Positions 20,436 to 31,900 of a stretch of 64,000 bases of DNA are shown here, piece after piece. Below the pieces are notes generated by a model. That model was given only the letters and a program-made list of their open reading frames with translations, did no database searches and was not told the DNA's origin. Numbering within the stretch: position 1 is the first letter of the stretch; each line of letters begins with the position of its first letter. Position numbers and translations under genes: made by a program. The stretch comes from Oceanispirochaeta sp. (GTDB lineage: Bacteria; Spirochaetota; Spirochaetia; DSM-2461): contig CAXXOA010000001.1 of the NCBI GenBank assembly GCA_963666275.2, positions 2,080,001 through 2,144,000 of the forward strand, read 5' to 3'.

Positions 20436-22534
20436 ACAGTAACAGCCTTTTTAGCCATGGCGGCAATACGGTTAACATCCAGAATCAGGGCTACAGAACC
20501 GTCACCCAGGATGGTTGCACCGGTAATATAGGCGACGCCTTTATAAAGCTTTCCCATATTTTTAATGACAGTCTGATGGTCTCCTATGACCTCATCAACC
20601 ACCAGCCCGGAAAGGGCATTCTCTGTCTGCACAACCACGGTATGCTCCCTTTCGGGAAGTTCAGAGTCATCCAGGAACATTTCTCTCAGGCGGATATAGG
20701 GAATCATGGAATCCCTGTATTCGAACAATCTCTTCTTTCCATGGGTCTGCCGTTCTTCACGGGTCAGCTCCATACAGGCCTGAACGGCCGACAGGGGAAA
20801 GACAAACTTTTCGTCTCCGATCCGAACCAGAAGCCCCTCGATTATAGCCAGGGTAAAGGGAAGATTCAGAGAAAAAACAGTGCCTTCTCCTGGTTTGCTG
20901 TCTATGGAGATCATACCGCCGAGGGCTTCTATCTGCCTTTTAACAACATCCATCCCCACACCCCGTCCGGAAACGCTTGTAATATTTTCCGCAGTAGAAA
21001 AACCGGGCTGGAATATAAGATCGTAAATATCTTCATCATTGATGATGGCATCCGGGGCAATCATACCCTTTTCCACAGCTTTTTTGATGATAGACGCCTT
21101 ATCCAGACCCTTCCCGTCATCCCGGATCTGCAGGATGACATTGGCACCAGAATAGTGGGCATCCAGAGTGACTGTTCCCATAGGATCTTTGCCGTTTTTC
21201 TCCCTTACCGCAGGGGATTCGATTCCATGATCAATTGAATTTCTGATCAGATGGACCAGAGGATCGTTGAGTTTTTCAATGACATTTTTGTCCAGTTCGG
21301 TTTCTCCCCCCACTGTAACAAGCTGTATCCTTTTATCCAGAGACGAGGAAAGGTCTCTGACAAGCCTTTTGAAACGGGAGAAGGTAGTACCTATCGGAAC
21401 CATACGGAGGGTCATGGCATTGTCCCTCAGTTCTGATGTCAGACGCTCAATCTGTTCTGCCAGAGAGAGCAGACTGCTTTTGTTATAATGGGCAGCCAGC
21501 TGGGAAAGCCGGGCCTGGGCTGTGACAAGTTCCCCAACAGAGTCTACCAGATTGTCCAGTTTCTCACTCTTGACTCTGATGGAGGAAGAAGCCCCGTCTC
21601 CCATAGTCTGTTTCAGAGTTTTCGTGATTTTCTGCTCTTCCAGAGCGGATTTAATATCAGAATTCTTTACAAGCCCTTTCTCGACAAGGACCTGACCGAC
21701 TTTCTTTCTTGAATCCAGGATCTCTTCCAGTTCATTCCTTTTGACAAGACCCTTTTCCACAAGGATTTCTCCCAGCTTCTTTTCAGATCCCTCTTCCAGA
21801 ATATCATTCCAGTCTGCCACGAGAGTCACTTCAACCCGGGATGCCGCATCCAGAAATATAAAGATATCCTTGATTTCATTTTCACTTTTGTCACTGACAA
21901 GGAAAACCTCCCACTTTACATAGCATTTATGGGGATTGAAGTCTTCCAGGACCGGAATATCCTCAGCATGGGAAACACAGGTATAATCTCCCAGCTCTTT
22001 GAGCTCTTTCAGAAGCAGAAGGGGATTTGTACCGCTTAGAAAAATATCTTCAGAGGGTTCAAACAGGATCCTGAAGGTATTCAGATTTTTCTGAGCACTC
22101 GACGGGCTGTTTTTTGAAACCTCTTTCTGAGAGACTTCTTTTTCGGGAGGCGCTGTTTTTATTCCTGCCAGAGTATTGAGTTTTTCCACAATATCATTGG
22201 AAATAGCTGAAAATTCGGGGGTATTGTCATCCTCTGCATTGAGCATATTGGTGATATGGTCTCTGCTGGCCAGAGTGAGATCAATCAGTTCTTTAGAAAC
22301 TTTCATCTGACCTTCCCGCAGGCCGTCCATGACGGTTTCCACAGAATGGGTGAACCCGGCAATCCCTTCAAAATCAAACATGGATGCAGACCCTTTAATG
22401 GTGTGCATAACCCTGAAAACCGCAGCGATCGCTTCGGGATCCTCGGGGTTCTCCTCAAGCTCGATCAGAAGATCTTCCAGACTTCCCAGCAGTTCATAAG
22501 CTTCTTCTTTGAATGTCTCTTTAAACTGATTCAT
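20432..22534 (-). CDS. cheA: Chemotaxis histidine kinase CheA
   Basis: P1 FRVMHTIKGSA, HLIRNSIDHGIE, SGRGVGMDVV, C-terminal CheW-like domain. Confidence 0.97.
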   Translation of the reverse strand: MNQFKETFKEEAYELLGSLEDLLIELEENPEDPEAIAAVFRVMHTIKGSASMFDFEGIAGFTHSVETVMDGLREGQMKVSKELIDLTLASRDHITNMLNAEDDNTPEFSAISNDIVEKLNTLAGIKTAPPEKEVSQKEVSKNSPSSAQKNLNTFRILFEPSEDIFLSGTNPLLLLKELKELGDYTCVSHAEDIPVLEDFNPHKCYVKWEVFLVSDKSENEIKDIFIFLDAASRVEVTLVADWNDILEEGSEKKLGEILVEKGLVKRNELEEILDSRKKVGQVLVEKGLVKNSDIKSALEEQKITKTLKQTMGDGASSSIRVKSEKLDNLVDSVGELVTAQARLSQLAAHYNKSSLLSLAEQIERLTSELRDNAMTLRMVPIGTTFSRFKRLVRDLSSSLDKRIQLVTVGGETELDKNVIEKLNDPLVHLIRNSIDHGIESPAVREKNGKDPMGTVTLDAHYSGANVILQIRDDGKGLDKASIIKKAVEKGMIAPDAIINDEDIYDLIFQPGFSTAENITSVSGRGVGMDVVKRQIEALGGMISIDSKPGEGTVFSLNLPFTLAIIEGLLVRIGDEKFVFPLSAVQACMELTREERQTHGKKRLFEYRDSMIPYIRLREMFLDDSELPEREHTVVVQTENALSGLVVDEVIGDHQTVIKNMGKLYKGVAYITGATILGDGSVALILDVNRIAAMAKKAVTV

Positions 22535-22540
22535 AGGCTC

Positions 22541-22825
22541 CTACTCTTTTTCAATCATTGAAGAAAAATCACTCGTTTCAAACCACTCTCCGACTGAAGG
22601 CGGAACATTGACAATTTCGATTTTCCTTTTGCTCTCCTCCATTGTTCTGTACAGCGAGTACAGAAGCTGAAGACCGGCAAAATCCAGACTGGTAACATTT
22701 TTCATGTCCAGCGTCAGGTGAGCGGGAGATTCGACTTTATCCATAAAGTCCTTATACAGCTCTTCAACCTTCTGTATGGTGAGATTCCCCTCCAGCTCTA
22801 TTGTTTCGGTTTTCCTTGGAGGCAT
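22541..22825 (-). CDS. STAS domain protein
   Basis: LEGNLTIQ...LDMKNVTSLDFAGLQLL. Start revised to ATG 22825, just after the cheY stop. Confidence 0.85.
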   Translation of the reverse strand: MPPRKTETIELEGNLTIQKVEELYKDFMDKVESPAHLTLDMKNVTSLDFAGLQLLYSLYRTMEESKRKIEIVNVPPSVGEWFETSDFSSMIEKE

Positions 22826-22829
22826 ACTC

Positions 22830-23192
22830 TTACCCCAGGACCTTTTTGATGACTGCCAGGACTTTTTCGCTGTCAAAGGGCTTTACAATCCAGCCTGTGG
22901 CTCCCAGTTCCTTTCCTTTCTGCATAATACTCTGCTGGGATTCTGTAGTGAGAACCAGTATGGGTGTAAATTTATGAGAAGCACTCTTTCTCAGCTCCCC
23001 GATGAGGGTTAATCCATCCATATTGGGCATATTGACATCGGTAATAACAAGATCTACTGAAGTATTCTGCAGAACATCCAGGGCCTCTTTGCCGTCTGCC
23101 CCTTCAATGACTTCATATCCACCCTCTTTCAGAAAAAATTTGAGGCTCTCCCGAACAGTTCTGGAATCATCTACTACCATTATTTTACTCAT
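22830..23192 (-). CDS. cheY: Chemotaxis response regulator CheY
   Basis: VDDS, TDVNMPNMDG, LTTES, GWIVKPF. Confidence 0.93.
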   Translation of the reverse strand: MSKIMVVDDSRTVRESLKFFLKEGGYEVIEGADGKEALDVLQNTSVDLVITDVNMPNMDGLTLIGELRKSASHKFTPILVLTTESQQSIMQKGKELGATGWIVKPFDSEKVLAVIKKVLG

Positions 23193-23274
23193 TACTCTCT
23201 CCTACATTCTGATAGATACAATTATTAAAATTTAAAAAATACTCAAAATAAAATAAGCCGGTCATAGGAAAACC

Positions 23275-23772
23275 CTACAGTTCCGCCCCTTTCTCCTGTT
23301 CTGCCACCATTGTAATCTCACTGATTGAAAGGACTTTTTCAATATCCAGAACTATGAGGAAATTTTCATCCTTTCTACCAATCCCTCTTATATAAGCGGT
23401 ATCGATTCTGGTTCCCACATAGGGGGTGGGTTCAATTTCCTCATCATTCATATCGATGACTTCTTTTACAGCGTCGGTGAGAAGCCCCATGGTCACCATC
23501 TCTTCTTCCAGTTCCATTTCTGTAACAATGATACTTGTATCAATGGTTTTTTCAGTCTGCCCCAGACTGAACTTCAGTTTAAGATCGATGACAGGCACCA
23601 CACTCCCTCTCAGGTTTATAACGCCTCTCATAAAATCCGGCATCCTGGGAACCTTGGATACTGTTGTGAATTCCTGAACTTCCTTGACATTTAAGACACT
23701 CAATGCATAGGTCTCATCATTGATAGTAAATGTTAGATACTGTTTAGTATTGCCATCAGAAATTCCTTCCAT
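23275..23772 (-). CDS. cheW: CheW coupling protein
   Basis: YLTF, GVINLRGSVVPVIDL. Confidence 0.96.
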   Translation of the reverse strand: MEGISDGNTKQYLTFTINDETYALSVLNVKEVQEFTTVSKVPRMPDFMRGVINLRGSVVPVIDLKLKFSLGQTEKTIDTSIIVTEMELEEEMVTMGLLTDAVKEVIDMNDEEIEPTPYVGTRIDTAYIRGIGRKDENFLIVLDIEKVLSISEITMVAEQEKGAEL

Positions 23773-23839
23773 GCGTTTTCTCCTGTTTCCGGTTTTCTCA
23801 TTCTAATTCTAAGAGGAATTAAGATTCATTGCCAATAAA

Positions 23840-24439
23840 TTAAAACAGAACGATTTTGTTCTCACCCTCATCCGTTTTCGGCTTTAGTGAATCCTTGTAT
23901 TCCTTTTCTCCCTCTTCAATTGATTTAATTCTGCGAACAGAATCAAGTTTTTTCAATAAAATTCTTCCTGTCTGCGGAAAATACAGAACCTTTCGTCCCA
24001 GCTTTCCTCCCAGATCGGAAGCGATAACTGGGATATCCTCATTTTTAAGAAACAGAAGAGCAAATTCCCTGTTCTGTCTTCCCACATTGCTGACTCTTGT
24101 GGAAATATTGAACATTTCACTTCCTCCGAAGACCTTTGCCACAAGATTCCTTTTATTGGATCCCATTTTCAAAAGGCTGTTTATGAGGATTTCCATGGCA
24201 TAGATGCCGTACCTGTACTCCTGCTTAATTATAGTCTGTTCCGTCAGGTTCGCATTCCCGTCCTTGGGAAGGAGAAAATGATTCATCCCCCCCTGCTTCT
24301 TCAGAGGATCAAAGAGAGCAACGGAAATACAGGATCCCAGCACTGTGGATATAATAATATCCTCATCACTGACCTTGTATTCACCTGGATGTATGGTGAC
24401 ATTATTCAGATTAAAACGGTTATGAAAGCTATGATACAT
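23840..24439 (-). CDS. cheD: Chemoreceptor glutamine deamidase CheD
   Basis: TVLGSCISV, GGMNHFLLP, AKVFGG, DLGG..GRK. Confidence 0.95.
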   Translation of the reverse strand: MYHSFHNRFNLNNVTIHPGEYKVSDEDIIISTVLGSCISVALFDPLKKQGGMNHFLLPKDGNANLTEQTIIKQEYRYGIYAMEILINSLLKMGSNKRNLVAKVFGGSEMFNISTRVSNVGRQNREFALLFLKNEDIPVIASDLGGKLGRKVLYFPQTGRILLKKLDSVRRIKSIEEGEKEYKDSLKPKTDEGENKIVLF

Positions 24440-24444
24440 TCTTC

Positions 24445-24786
24445 CTACTTTATTAATTCCAGAACTGCATCATTGGTAAAAAAATCCTGTATAAGAGATG
24501 ACAGGTTCTCAATTTTATCATTAAGATTTTGCATTCTATCCATCTCTTTTAATGAACTTTCCATCTCTGCTGATAGATTATGGATATCCTCAGCACCGAT
24601 ACTCCCGGCAATGCCTTTTATTTTGTGAAAAAACTCGGCAGCCTCGGGAGCGCTATTCTTTTTAATGGCTGTTTTGACTCCATTGAGGAATTCAGGTATA
24701 TCTTCTGATGCCATGATGAGAACCTGAGAGGACAGTTCCCTGTCATTCTCTGTAAAGTTCATTAAATTCTGTTTATTAAAAATCAC
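24445..24786 (-). CDS. Stand-alone Hpt phosphotransfer protein
   Basis: HKIKGIAGSIGA Hpt motif; all-helical. Confidence 0.85.
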   Translation of the reverse strand: MIFNKQNLMNFTENDRELSSQVLIMASEDIPEFLNGVKTAIKKNSAPEAAEFFHKIKGIAGSIGAEDIHNLSAEMESSLKEMDRMQNLNDKIENLSSLIQDFFTNDAVLELIK

Positions 24787-24844
24787 TTCAATAGTCCTGG
24801 TTCAATAGAATCTAGTAAAAAGTGTATCTATTTACAAACTAATT

Positions 24845-26611
24845 TCAATGATTTTTTTTATTGAATGCATCCTGAAACTCATCCCAGGCTTTATTTCTCT
24901 GTTTAAGATTATACTTCGAGGAAACAGGGGGCGGACTGTTCCGCCTGTATCTGTAGACCTGTTTATCATCATATTTTCTTCCGTAACCTGGTGCCTGATC
25001 GTCCGGAGAGGCTCTTCTGACAGTGCGGCTGCTGCTGTTTGACGGGGCCAGGACAATCTCATTATCCTCCTGGGAAATCCCGGAAAACTGACTGTTGAAA
25101 CTTTCATATTTGCCTGAGATTTTGAGCATAAACCTTTTCCACCAGCTCAGATATTTATAGGCTTCATGAAAGATTTCCAGCATATAGAGATTCAGAAGAT
25201 AATCAGGATCCTTGAAACGGATCATTCCATCATCAAAAAAATTGTTCATGAAATCCTTGATTTTATTCACGTCCCTGACTTTTTTAAGATTCTTGAAGTA
25301 GTGCACAATCCCTTCTGAAATGATTTTTGGCTTATCCAGGAATTCAGCCAGAATGGGAGAATTTTCCCTGATCCTGTCCATCACATCGTCTTTAAAACTG
25401 TCCCGGGTATAGAACATTGTGATTTTATCCTTGTTCCGGGTCCGGAGCATTCTTTCCATAATCTCAACATAATGCTGTTTGAGGACCGTTGACTGAGTTG
25501 TCAGTTCTCCTCTGAAAAAGGGATACACATGGTCCCTGTGAAGGTATTTATCTCCCAGATAGAGAATGACAGGAAGCCCAATCTTCTGATTAACTTTCAC
25601 GACTGTCTCATAAAACAGATCTTTAAATCCCTTCCACTTCTCCTCATAGGGATCGAGAAGATCAAGAAGATCTTCAGGAGAAAATAGAAAATCCTCTTTC
25701 TTGAGTATTTCCATGCAGATATCTTCGATTGCGTCCTGTTTCTCCCTGTTTTCCTCTCTCTCCTTTTCCGCTTCCGCTTCCCGGTTAATATAATAGAGGT
25801 GAAGGATCTCGGAGGACTGGAACACTGCCGAAGTCAGATGTTTGATTCTCAGTTTGAGGTCCTCTGCATTTTTAAGAATATCAGAAGATATGGTCCGCCA
25901 GAATCCGGGATCACTTGTATATTGCTTCTTCTGAATTTCACTAATCTTCAGGCCCATCACCCGGCTCATGGCTGAGATGAAGGAGGAATTATTAAGAGCG
26001 CTGTTGATCTTTTTCCTGGCAATTTCCAGTAAAGCTTCCAGTGACTGGGAGGTGACAAGGATTGCTCCGCCTGTCTTCAGCGGCATGGTATAGATTTTCT
26101 CCTCGGATTTTATCTCTTCGATGAAGCGGGGACTGATGGACTCGGGATATATGGTTTCAACCATATCGAAGGGAAGCCTCAGATTGGATTTTTCCATCTC
26201 CTCCAGAGTCAGATACATACGGTTATCATCCAGCATGAGCCGCTGGATTTCATCCTCCACCAGATTTTTGTAGAAAAAACTGGAATCTCTGTTTGTGATA
26301 ACGATTTTATCAGGTTTCAGTTCACCCTGATCATTCTTGAATTTGAGCAGTCCGTAATGGGCATTCCGGATTTTACGCATAAGGATTTCTATCTGGTTAT
26401 TGGCAAACAGGATATCCTTACCCGCATGAAGAACAAAGCGGTTATAATCCAGCATGGGATCAAAAAAATCACAGATTCGATGAAAGATTCTTCTCTGCTC
26501 CTGGGTAAAACTCCCAACCTGGGAGAGAAACTCCTCCCGCTGGGAAAGATCCATCTGAAAAACTCCCGGGAGTTCAGACGTATCTACAGCATTTTCGTCT
26601 TTATCACTCAT
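24845..26611 (-). CDS. Hypothetical protein (helical, 588 aa)
   Basis: Long ORF on the operon strand; no motif recognised. Confidence 0.75.
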   Translation of the reverse strand: MSDKDENAVDTSELPGVFQMDLSQREEFLSQVGSFTQEQRRIFHRICDFFDPMLDYNRFVLHAGKDILFANNQIEILMRKIRNAHYGLLKFKNDQGELKPDKIVITNRDSSFFYKNLVEDEIQRLMLDDNRMYLTLEEMEKSNLRLPFDMVETIYPESISPRFIEEIKSEEKIYTMPLKTGGAILVTSQSLEALLEIARKKINSALNNSSFISAMSRVMGLKISEIQKKQYTSDPGFWRTISSDILKNAEDLKLRIKHLTSAVFQSSEILHLYYINREAEAEKEREENREKQDAIEDICMEILKKEDFLFSPEDLLDLLDPYEEKWKGFKDLFYETVVKVNQKIGLPVILYLGDKYLHRDHVYPFFRGELTTQSTVLKQHYVEIMERMLRTRNKDKITMFYTRDSFKDDVMDRIRENSPILAEFLDKPKIISEGIVHYFKNLKKVRDVNKIKDFMNNFFDDGMIRFKDPDYLLNLYMLEIFHEAYKYLSWWKRFMLKISGKYESFNSQFSGISQEDNEIVLAPSNSSSRTVRRASPDDQAPGYGRKYDDKQVYRYRRNSPPPVSSKYNLKQRNKAWDEFQDAFNKKNH

Positions 26612-26745
26612 GGTTTATCCAAATCCCGTTTATTTTTTTCGTCTTTTTTCAGCTTGCTAATGGCAATCCATCTCAAGATGCTTCTGAGAATCAGGACAAG
26701 ACCAAGAGCAAATAACACTGATGAAACAATACGTTGCAATACCAT
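26608..26745 (-). CDS. Small 45-aa single-pass membrane protein (absent from ORF track)
   Basis: MVLQRIVSSVLFALGLVLILRSILRWIAISKLKKDEKNKRDLDKP*. Its TGA overlaps the next ATG (ATGA); TAGAAT lies 5 nt upstream. Confidence 0.65.
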   Translation of the reverse strand: MVLQRIVSSVLFALGLVLILRSILRWIAISKLKKDEKNKRDLDKP

Positions 26746-26791
26746 AATTCATTCTACACACAGATTTTTCTTATTTCAATTAAAACATAAA

Positions 26792-28975
26792 TTACCCGTC
26801 ACTGTTATGACGGATAAACCAGCAGCGATGGGAAGCCCCTTTCCTCTTAAAATCCTCTGATTCAGTCCAGGAGGTTTCCTCTGTGATCCTGTATTTCTCC
26901 TGAAGAGAATCCTCCAGAACAAAGCGTTTGTAATTATTCGAAAAGATCAGAAGCCCGCCGGGATTAAGGCAGTTCATTGCCTTCCGGATCAGATCTTCAT
27001 GGTCCTCCTGAATCTGAAGGATATCCCATCTTGATTTGGAATTGGAGAATGTGGGAGGATCCATAAAAATCAGATCGAATTTTTCCCCGCAGGCATTGAG
27101 CCATTTTTTGACATCCTCCCGGATGAAACGGTGCTTTTCCACAGGGATTTTGTTCAGCATAAAGTTGTCTTCCGCCCATTTCAGATAGGTGGATGAGGTA
27201 TCGACCGAACAGACCGAAGAGGCCTCTCCCGCAGCAGCCATGACACTGGCGGTTCCGGTGTAACAGAACAGATTCAGAACCCTGGATCCCGGAGCATGGT
27301 CTTTCAGATATTTTCGGATATTCCTGTGGTCCAGAAAGATTCCCGTATCAAGGTAATCGGTGAAATTCACCCAGAACCGACAGCCCCACTCGTTTATAAG
27401 ATAGCGCTCACCGGCCCTCTGAAGAGTTCTGTACTGGTCGCGTCCTTTCTGCCGGCTTCTCTGTTTGGTAAAAATGGAGGAAAGGGGGATTTCAAGAAGC
27501 GAGGCAATGATCTGAACCGCTGTTTTCAGGCGGCTCTCCGCCCGCTGCTGATCGATCCCTTTGGGAGCACTGTACTCCTGGAGATGAACCCATTTCCCCT
27601 CGTAAAAATCCACGGCAAAGTTGAAATTGGGAAGATCCGCGTCATAGAGCCTGTAACAGCTTATGTCTCCTTTGCGGCTCCATTTGCCTAGAGATTTTTT
27701 ATTTTTTTTCAGCCTGTTGAGAAACTGTTCCGCCTCCTGTGTCATAGCGGGCAGATCAACTGTCCGGACACTCTCTTTTGCCGGGGTATCACTGTCTCTT
27801 TCCCCGGAGGTTCCATAGAGCTCATAATGGTAGAGACTGCATTTGATGGGACCGTTCATAATCCTGTTTTTTGTGGATGTCTTCAGACCTGTGGCATGCA
27901 GCAGGGTCTCATCATCTGAAATCACAGACATCTTCCAGCCTTTGAGTTCACTGTTTCTGCCGATATCACCCAGTTTTCTGTACAGAGAATAGAGCATGCC
28001 CTTATCGCCCAGCCGCTGCCCGTAGGGCGGATTGGTCACAATGAGGCCGGGTGAGTTTTTCATTTTATCTGTGATGACAAACTCACTGATATCCCGCCGT
28101 TCCAGATGAATGAATCTGTCCAGACCGGCCGCATGTATATTCTCTCTGGCCGCGGCAAGTGCTTTCCTGTCACTGTCAAACCCCATAAGAGGGGGAAGTC
28201 CCGAGAGTTTTTCCTCCAGGGCAGATTCAGCGCTGTCAAAAATGCTCTCCCAGAGATCAGGATCATGCTCCCGCCACTTGAAGAATCCGTATTCATAACG
28301 GAGGAGTCCCGGAGGGAGATCGGCCGCCATAAACGCCGCTTCAATCAGGAGGGTTCCGCTGCCGCACATGGGATCCACAAGACAGCCTCCTGATGAGGCG
28401 ATACCGGGCCATCCGGCTCTCATCAGGATGGCATCAGCTGTATTTTCTCTCAGACCGGCTTTAGCGGCTTCCTGCCGGTAGCCTCTTCTATGAAGCCCTC
28501 CACCGGAAAGATCCAGATAGAGGGACGCCGTATCCCTTTTAAGATGGAGATGGATTGAGATATCGGGACTTTCACGGTCCACATCGGGCCGCTGTCCTGT
28601 CTTATCCCGCCAGAAGTCGGCTATTGCGTCCTTTACTTTTAAAGACGCCGTCCTGTCGGGCAGTGAGACCGAACCGGATGTGGTAGTAAAACAGGCAAAG
28701 GTCGCGGACTCTTCCATATGAGAATCCCAGGGAACAGAAAGGGTTTCCCTGTAGATATCGTCAACACCGGCCCATGAGAATTCTTTCACAAGGACCATGA
28801 TCCTGCTGGAGATTCTGCTCCAGAGGATCATTTCATAGATCTCTTTCAGACCAGCGGAAAAAAGATGTCCCCCCGCCCCCCTGGAGAGAATTGTCCCTCC
28901 GTATCTGAGGATCTCCTTTTCAAGAAGATCCTCCAGGAAGACCGGTGCGGCGGCAAATATTTTAAATTCTGTCAT
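26792..28975 (-). CDS. rlmKL: Bifunctional 23S rRNA m7G2069/m2G2445 methyltransferase RlmKL
   Basis: THUMP domain, LHRRGYR, DPMCGSGT, NPPYG, YLDTGIFLDHR, LNLFCYTG, DPPTFSNSK. Start revised to ATG 28975 (ATGA overlap). Confidence 0.93.
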   Translation of the reverse strand: MTEFKIFAAAPVFLEDLLEKEILRYGGTILSRGAGGHLFSAGLKEIYEMILWSRISSRIMVLVKEFSWAGVDDIYRETLSVPWDSHMEESATFACFTTTSGSVSLPDRTASLKVKDAIADFWRDKTGQRPDVDRESPDISIHLHLKRDTASLYLDLSGGGLHRRGYRQEAAKAGLRENTADAILMRAGWPGIASSGGCLVDPMCGSGTLLIEAAFMAADLPPGLLRYEYGFFKWREHDPDLWESIFDSAESALEEKLSGLPPLMGFDSDRKALAAARENIHAAGLDRFIHLERRDISEFVITDKMKNSPGLIVTNPPYGQRLGDKGMLYSLYRKLGDIGRNSELKGWKMSVISDDETLLHATGLKTSTKNRIMNGPIKCSLYHYELYGTSGERDSDTPAKESVRTVDLPAMTQEAEQFLNRLKKNKKSLGKWSRKGDISCYRLYDADLPNFNFAVDFYEGKWVHLQEYSAPKGIDQQRAESRLKTAVQIIASLLEIPLSSIFTKQRSRQKGRDQYRTLQRAGERYLINEWGCRFWVNFTDYLDTGIFLDHRNIRKYLKDHAPGSRVLNLFCYTGTASVMAAAGEASSVCSVDTSSTYLKWAEDNFMLNKIPVEKHRFIREDVKKWLNACGEKFDLIFMDPPTFSNSKSRWDILQIQEDHEDLIRKAMNCLNPGGLLIFSNNYKRFVLEDSLQEKYRITEETSWTESEDFKRKGASHRCWFIRHNSDG

Positions 28976-31900
28976 TTTATGAGGATAAACTCCACTCTCC
29001 TGTTTTTCCATCGGTTTTCCAGATCGCTATGGGGCACAATAGGCATGGTTCCTCCCCGCCCTACGACATCCATCCGTGAGGACTGGATTCCCAGATCGGA
29101 CAGGGCATCCCTGACAGCCGCAGCCCGGCTGAGGGACAGAGGCTGCAGTTCCTCTTTTTCCTCCCTTGCGGCGCGGGAGGGATTATCATAATACTCGCTG
29201 ACCGCATGCCCTTCCACGACAATCTTGTAACTGCCGTACTTCTTCAGGACTTCAGAAAGCCGCTGCAGAACGTCCCTGTTTTTCTGTCCCTGCTCTCCTG
29301 CCGTGACAAGGGCTGCCTGGTAGGGCTGGAAGGTAATATTGGAGATCTGAACCTTAAGGTTGTTGCCGTCCCGGATAACAAGAATATCCACAGGGATCAG
29401 ACCGGTCCGGGTGGTTGAGTTCCCCAGAAGGTCTGTAATCCGCAGTTCATAGGGGTAATCTTCTGCAGACTGAACAAGCTCTCCCTGACGGGATCTTCCG
29501 TCCCAGATGATCCTTTCCGAAGGCCTTCCGTTACCGCCGAAGGAGATGAACTCTTTGCCTTTGGGATCCCTTATGACCATCTGCCAGTCTCTTATGGGAG
29601 AAAGATCCTTCACAGCCATGGAAATCCTCAGCTCATCATCGATGTTATCATCGTCCGGTGAGAAGGGCTGCGGTTCCAGACCTATTTCCACAAGGGGAGC
29701 GGAATTGTCCACAGTGAACTCCCGACTGTCGGCGACAGGCCGGTTTCCCTTGGTATAGTTGACTGTCAGCTGACCTTTATAGACTCCTTCCACCATAGCG
29801 CCGGTACTGCTCCGTCCGTCCCAGACAAGACTGGCGGGTACGGAACCTGTGCCGGTTTCCTCTCTGACAGCAGCTCCAGTTTCATCGAGAATGGCCAGAC
29901 GCCAGCTGTCGATCCCCTCTGTGTTTGTCACATGAGCAGTGAAAACCTGCTCGGGAATGGTTTCAGAAACCGGTGAGAAAAGAGTATTTTTGGCTGTCAG
30001 ATAGACGGGCGTTGATTTTGTATCAATCTGGATTCCAGAAAGGGTGAGCTCTTTGGAATTCCCGGCTCTGTCTGTGGAAGTGACGGCATAACTGTACAGA
30101 CCGTCAGGCAGGATGTTTCCGTTTTCATCGGTTCCGTCCCAGACGACATTTTCGACCTGGTCCTTCCAGAACCAGCTGTTCACAACCTGCCCTCGGCTGT
30201 CCATCAGAGACGCTTCGAACTCTTCCTCCCTGCTGGAAGTCTGAACAATCCGGACAATATCACGATTGCCGTCCCCGTCGGGAGAGAAAAGACCATAGGG
30301 AAGTGAAACTGTGATTTCAGGTGCTACCGTATCTTTCAGAAACTGGCCTGTTTTTGCCCCCGGCCTGTTTCCTTTGGCATAGAGAGCTTCAATCTCCGCT
30401 ATGTAGAGGCCGTCAGAGGCGGGAGTTCCGCTGTCCATAAGGCCGTCCCACTGCAGAACTGCCGGTGGGGCGGATTCTCCGCTCCAGGACTTCACAGGAT
30501 CACCTGTGCTTCCCTCCGCATCCACAGGAGATACAGTCAGAGACCATTCGGTTATGTTTTCAGGATCGTCTATGACCTGATAAAAACTGACAGTATCTTT
30601 GACTCCGTTTCTGTCGGGAGAGAACGCTTCATCGCTGACTGAGATCTGAACAGACATCTCCCTTGTATCAAGATTGATTCTATGGGGAGAGGAAACGCCC
30701 CGGTTTCCCGCTTTATCCACGGCTTCCAGAACCATGGTGTAGGTACCGTCGGGAACGGGTTTTCCCTCATTGTCATTGCCGTTCCAGACAATCACCGGAT
30801 CTGCTTTGCCTCTCCAGAAAAAGGATTTGACAGTTTCATTGCTGCTGTTCCTTATGAATCCCTCCCAGTAGTCCTCTTCAGAGGTATTCAGGGTCAGATC
30901 CAGAGAGTACTGGTTTCCCTCATCATTGAGGGTGAGGATATGCTCCCCTTCTATGGTTCCTCTGGGAGCCGTCGTATCGACATTGAACCAGGGAGAGTAA
31001 ACTTCGGGCTGATAACCGTTCTGATAGCGGACGGTCATGAACCCCTGATAGCGTCCCTCGGTGATAAATCCGCCCATGGGATTCTCTCCCGCATAGGAGA
31101 TCTCTTCGGGGACTTCAAGCACCCCTTCCTGCCGGCTGTTGTACTGCCAGGCAATATTTCCTCTGCTGTCCCGGACCTGGAGTTCCCACTCGAGGATTCC
31201 CGATGTAACAGGAATCCCAGTTCCGAAATGGATAACATCAGTTCCCTCCGGATTTCCCGGAGAAAGATAGGAGTTGTCTATGGACAGATTGACCGGAGGT
31301 TTTTCCGTATTCACAAGGATATCCACCAGGGTTTCCTCGTTGCGGTTGCCTGCCTTGTCTGTGGATTTTACAACATAGCTGTAGACACCGTCAGGGACGA
31401 TAGCTCCGGTGTCATCCTTACCGTCCCAGGCAAGAGTCTGGGGAGCGCCCTGTTCCCAGGTGTAGGTTCTGACGGGATTACCTCCCAGATCCAGAACCTG
31501 ACCTTCCCAGAAGAGTTCGGAGGAACCGCTTTGTTCAATAGTCAGAGAATCTTTGTTTCCGTCTCCGTCGGGTGAGAATATCAGATCGATTCCCCCGGAT
31601 TTTTCAAGGGAGATCTCAGGCTGAACCGTATCGATGGCAAACTCAAAGGTATCGGTTTCCGAAATATTGTCATTATCATCCCAGAACTGAAGTGTATAGG
31701 AGTACTCTCCGTCGGGCGCGACTTCTCCCGAATCCATAACTCCGTCCCAGCGGAAAGATTCGGGGATGGTTGTTCCTTTCTTTTCCGCAAACATGCGGTC
31801 GAAGATATTCTTAAAGGATTCATTTTCAGGCCGTTCGTCTTTGTTCCGGAACTCTTTCACCACTTCGCCGTCTTCATTTCTGACAGCCATGTAGTATCCC

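Noticed and set aside
26357..26860. 167-aa plus-strand ORF
   Set aside because: It overlaps three minus-strand genes; the 45-aa minus ORF explains the gap better
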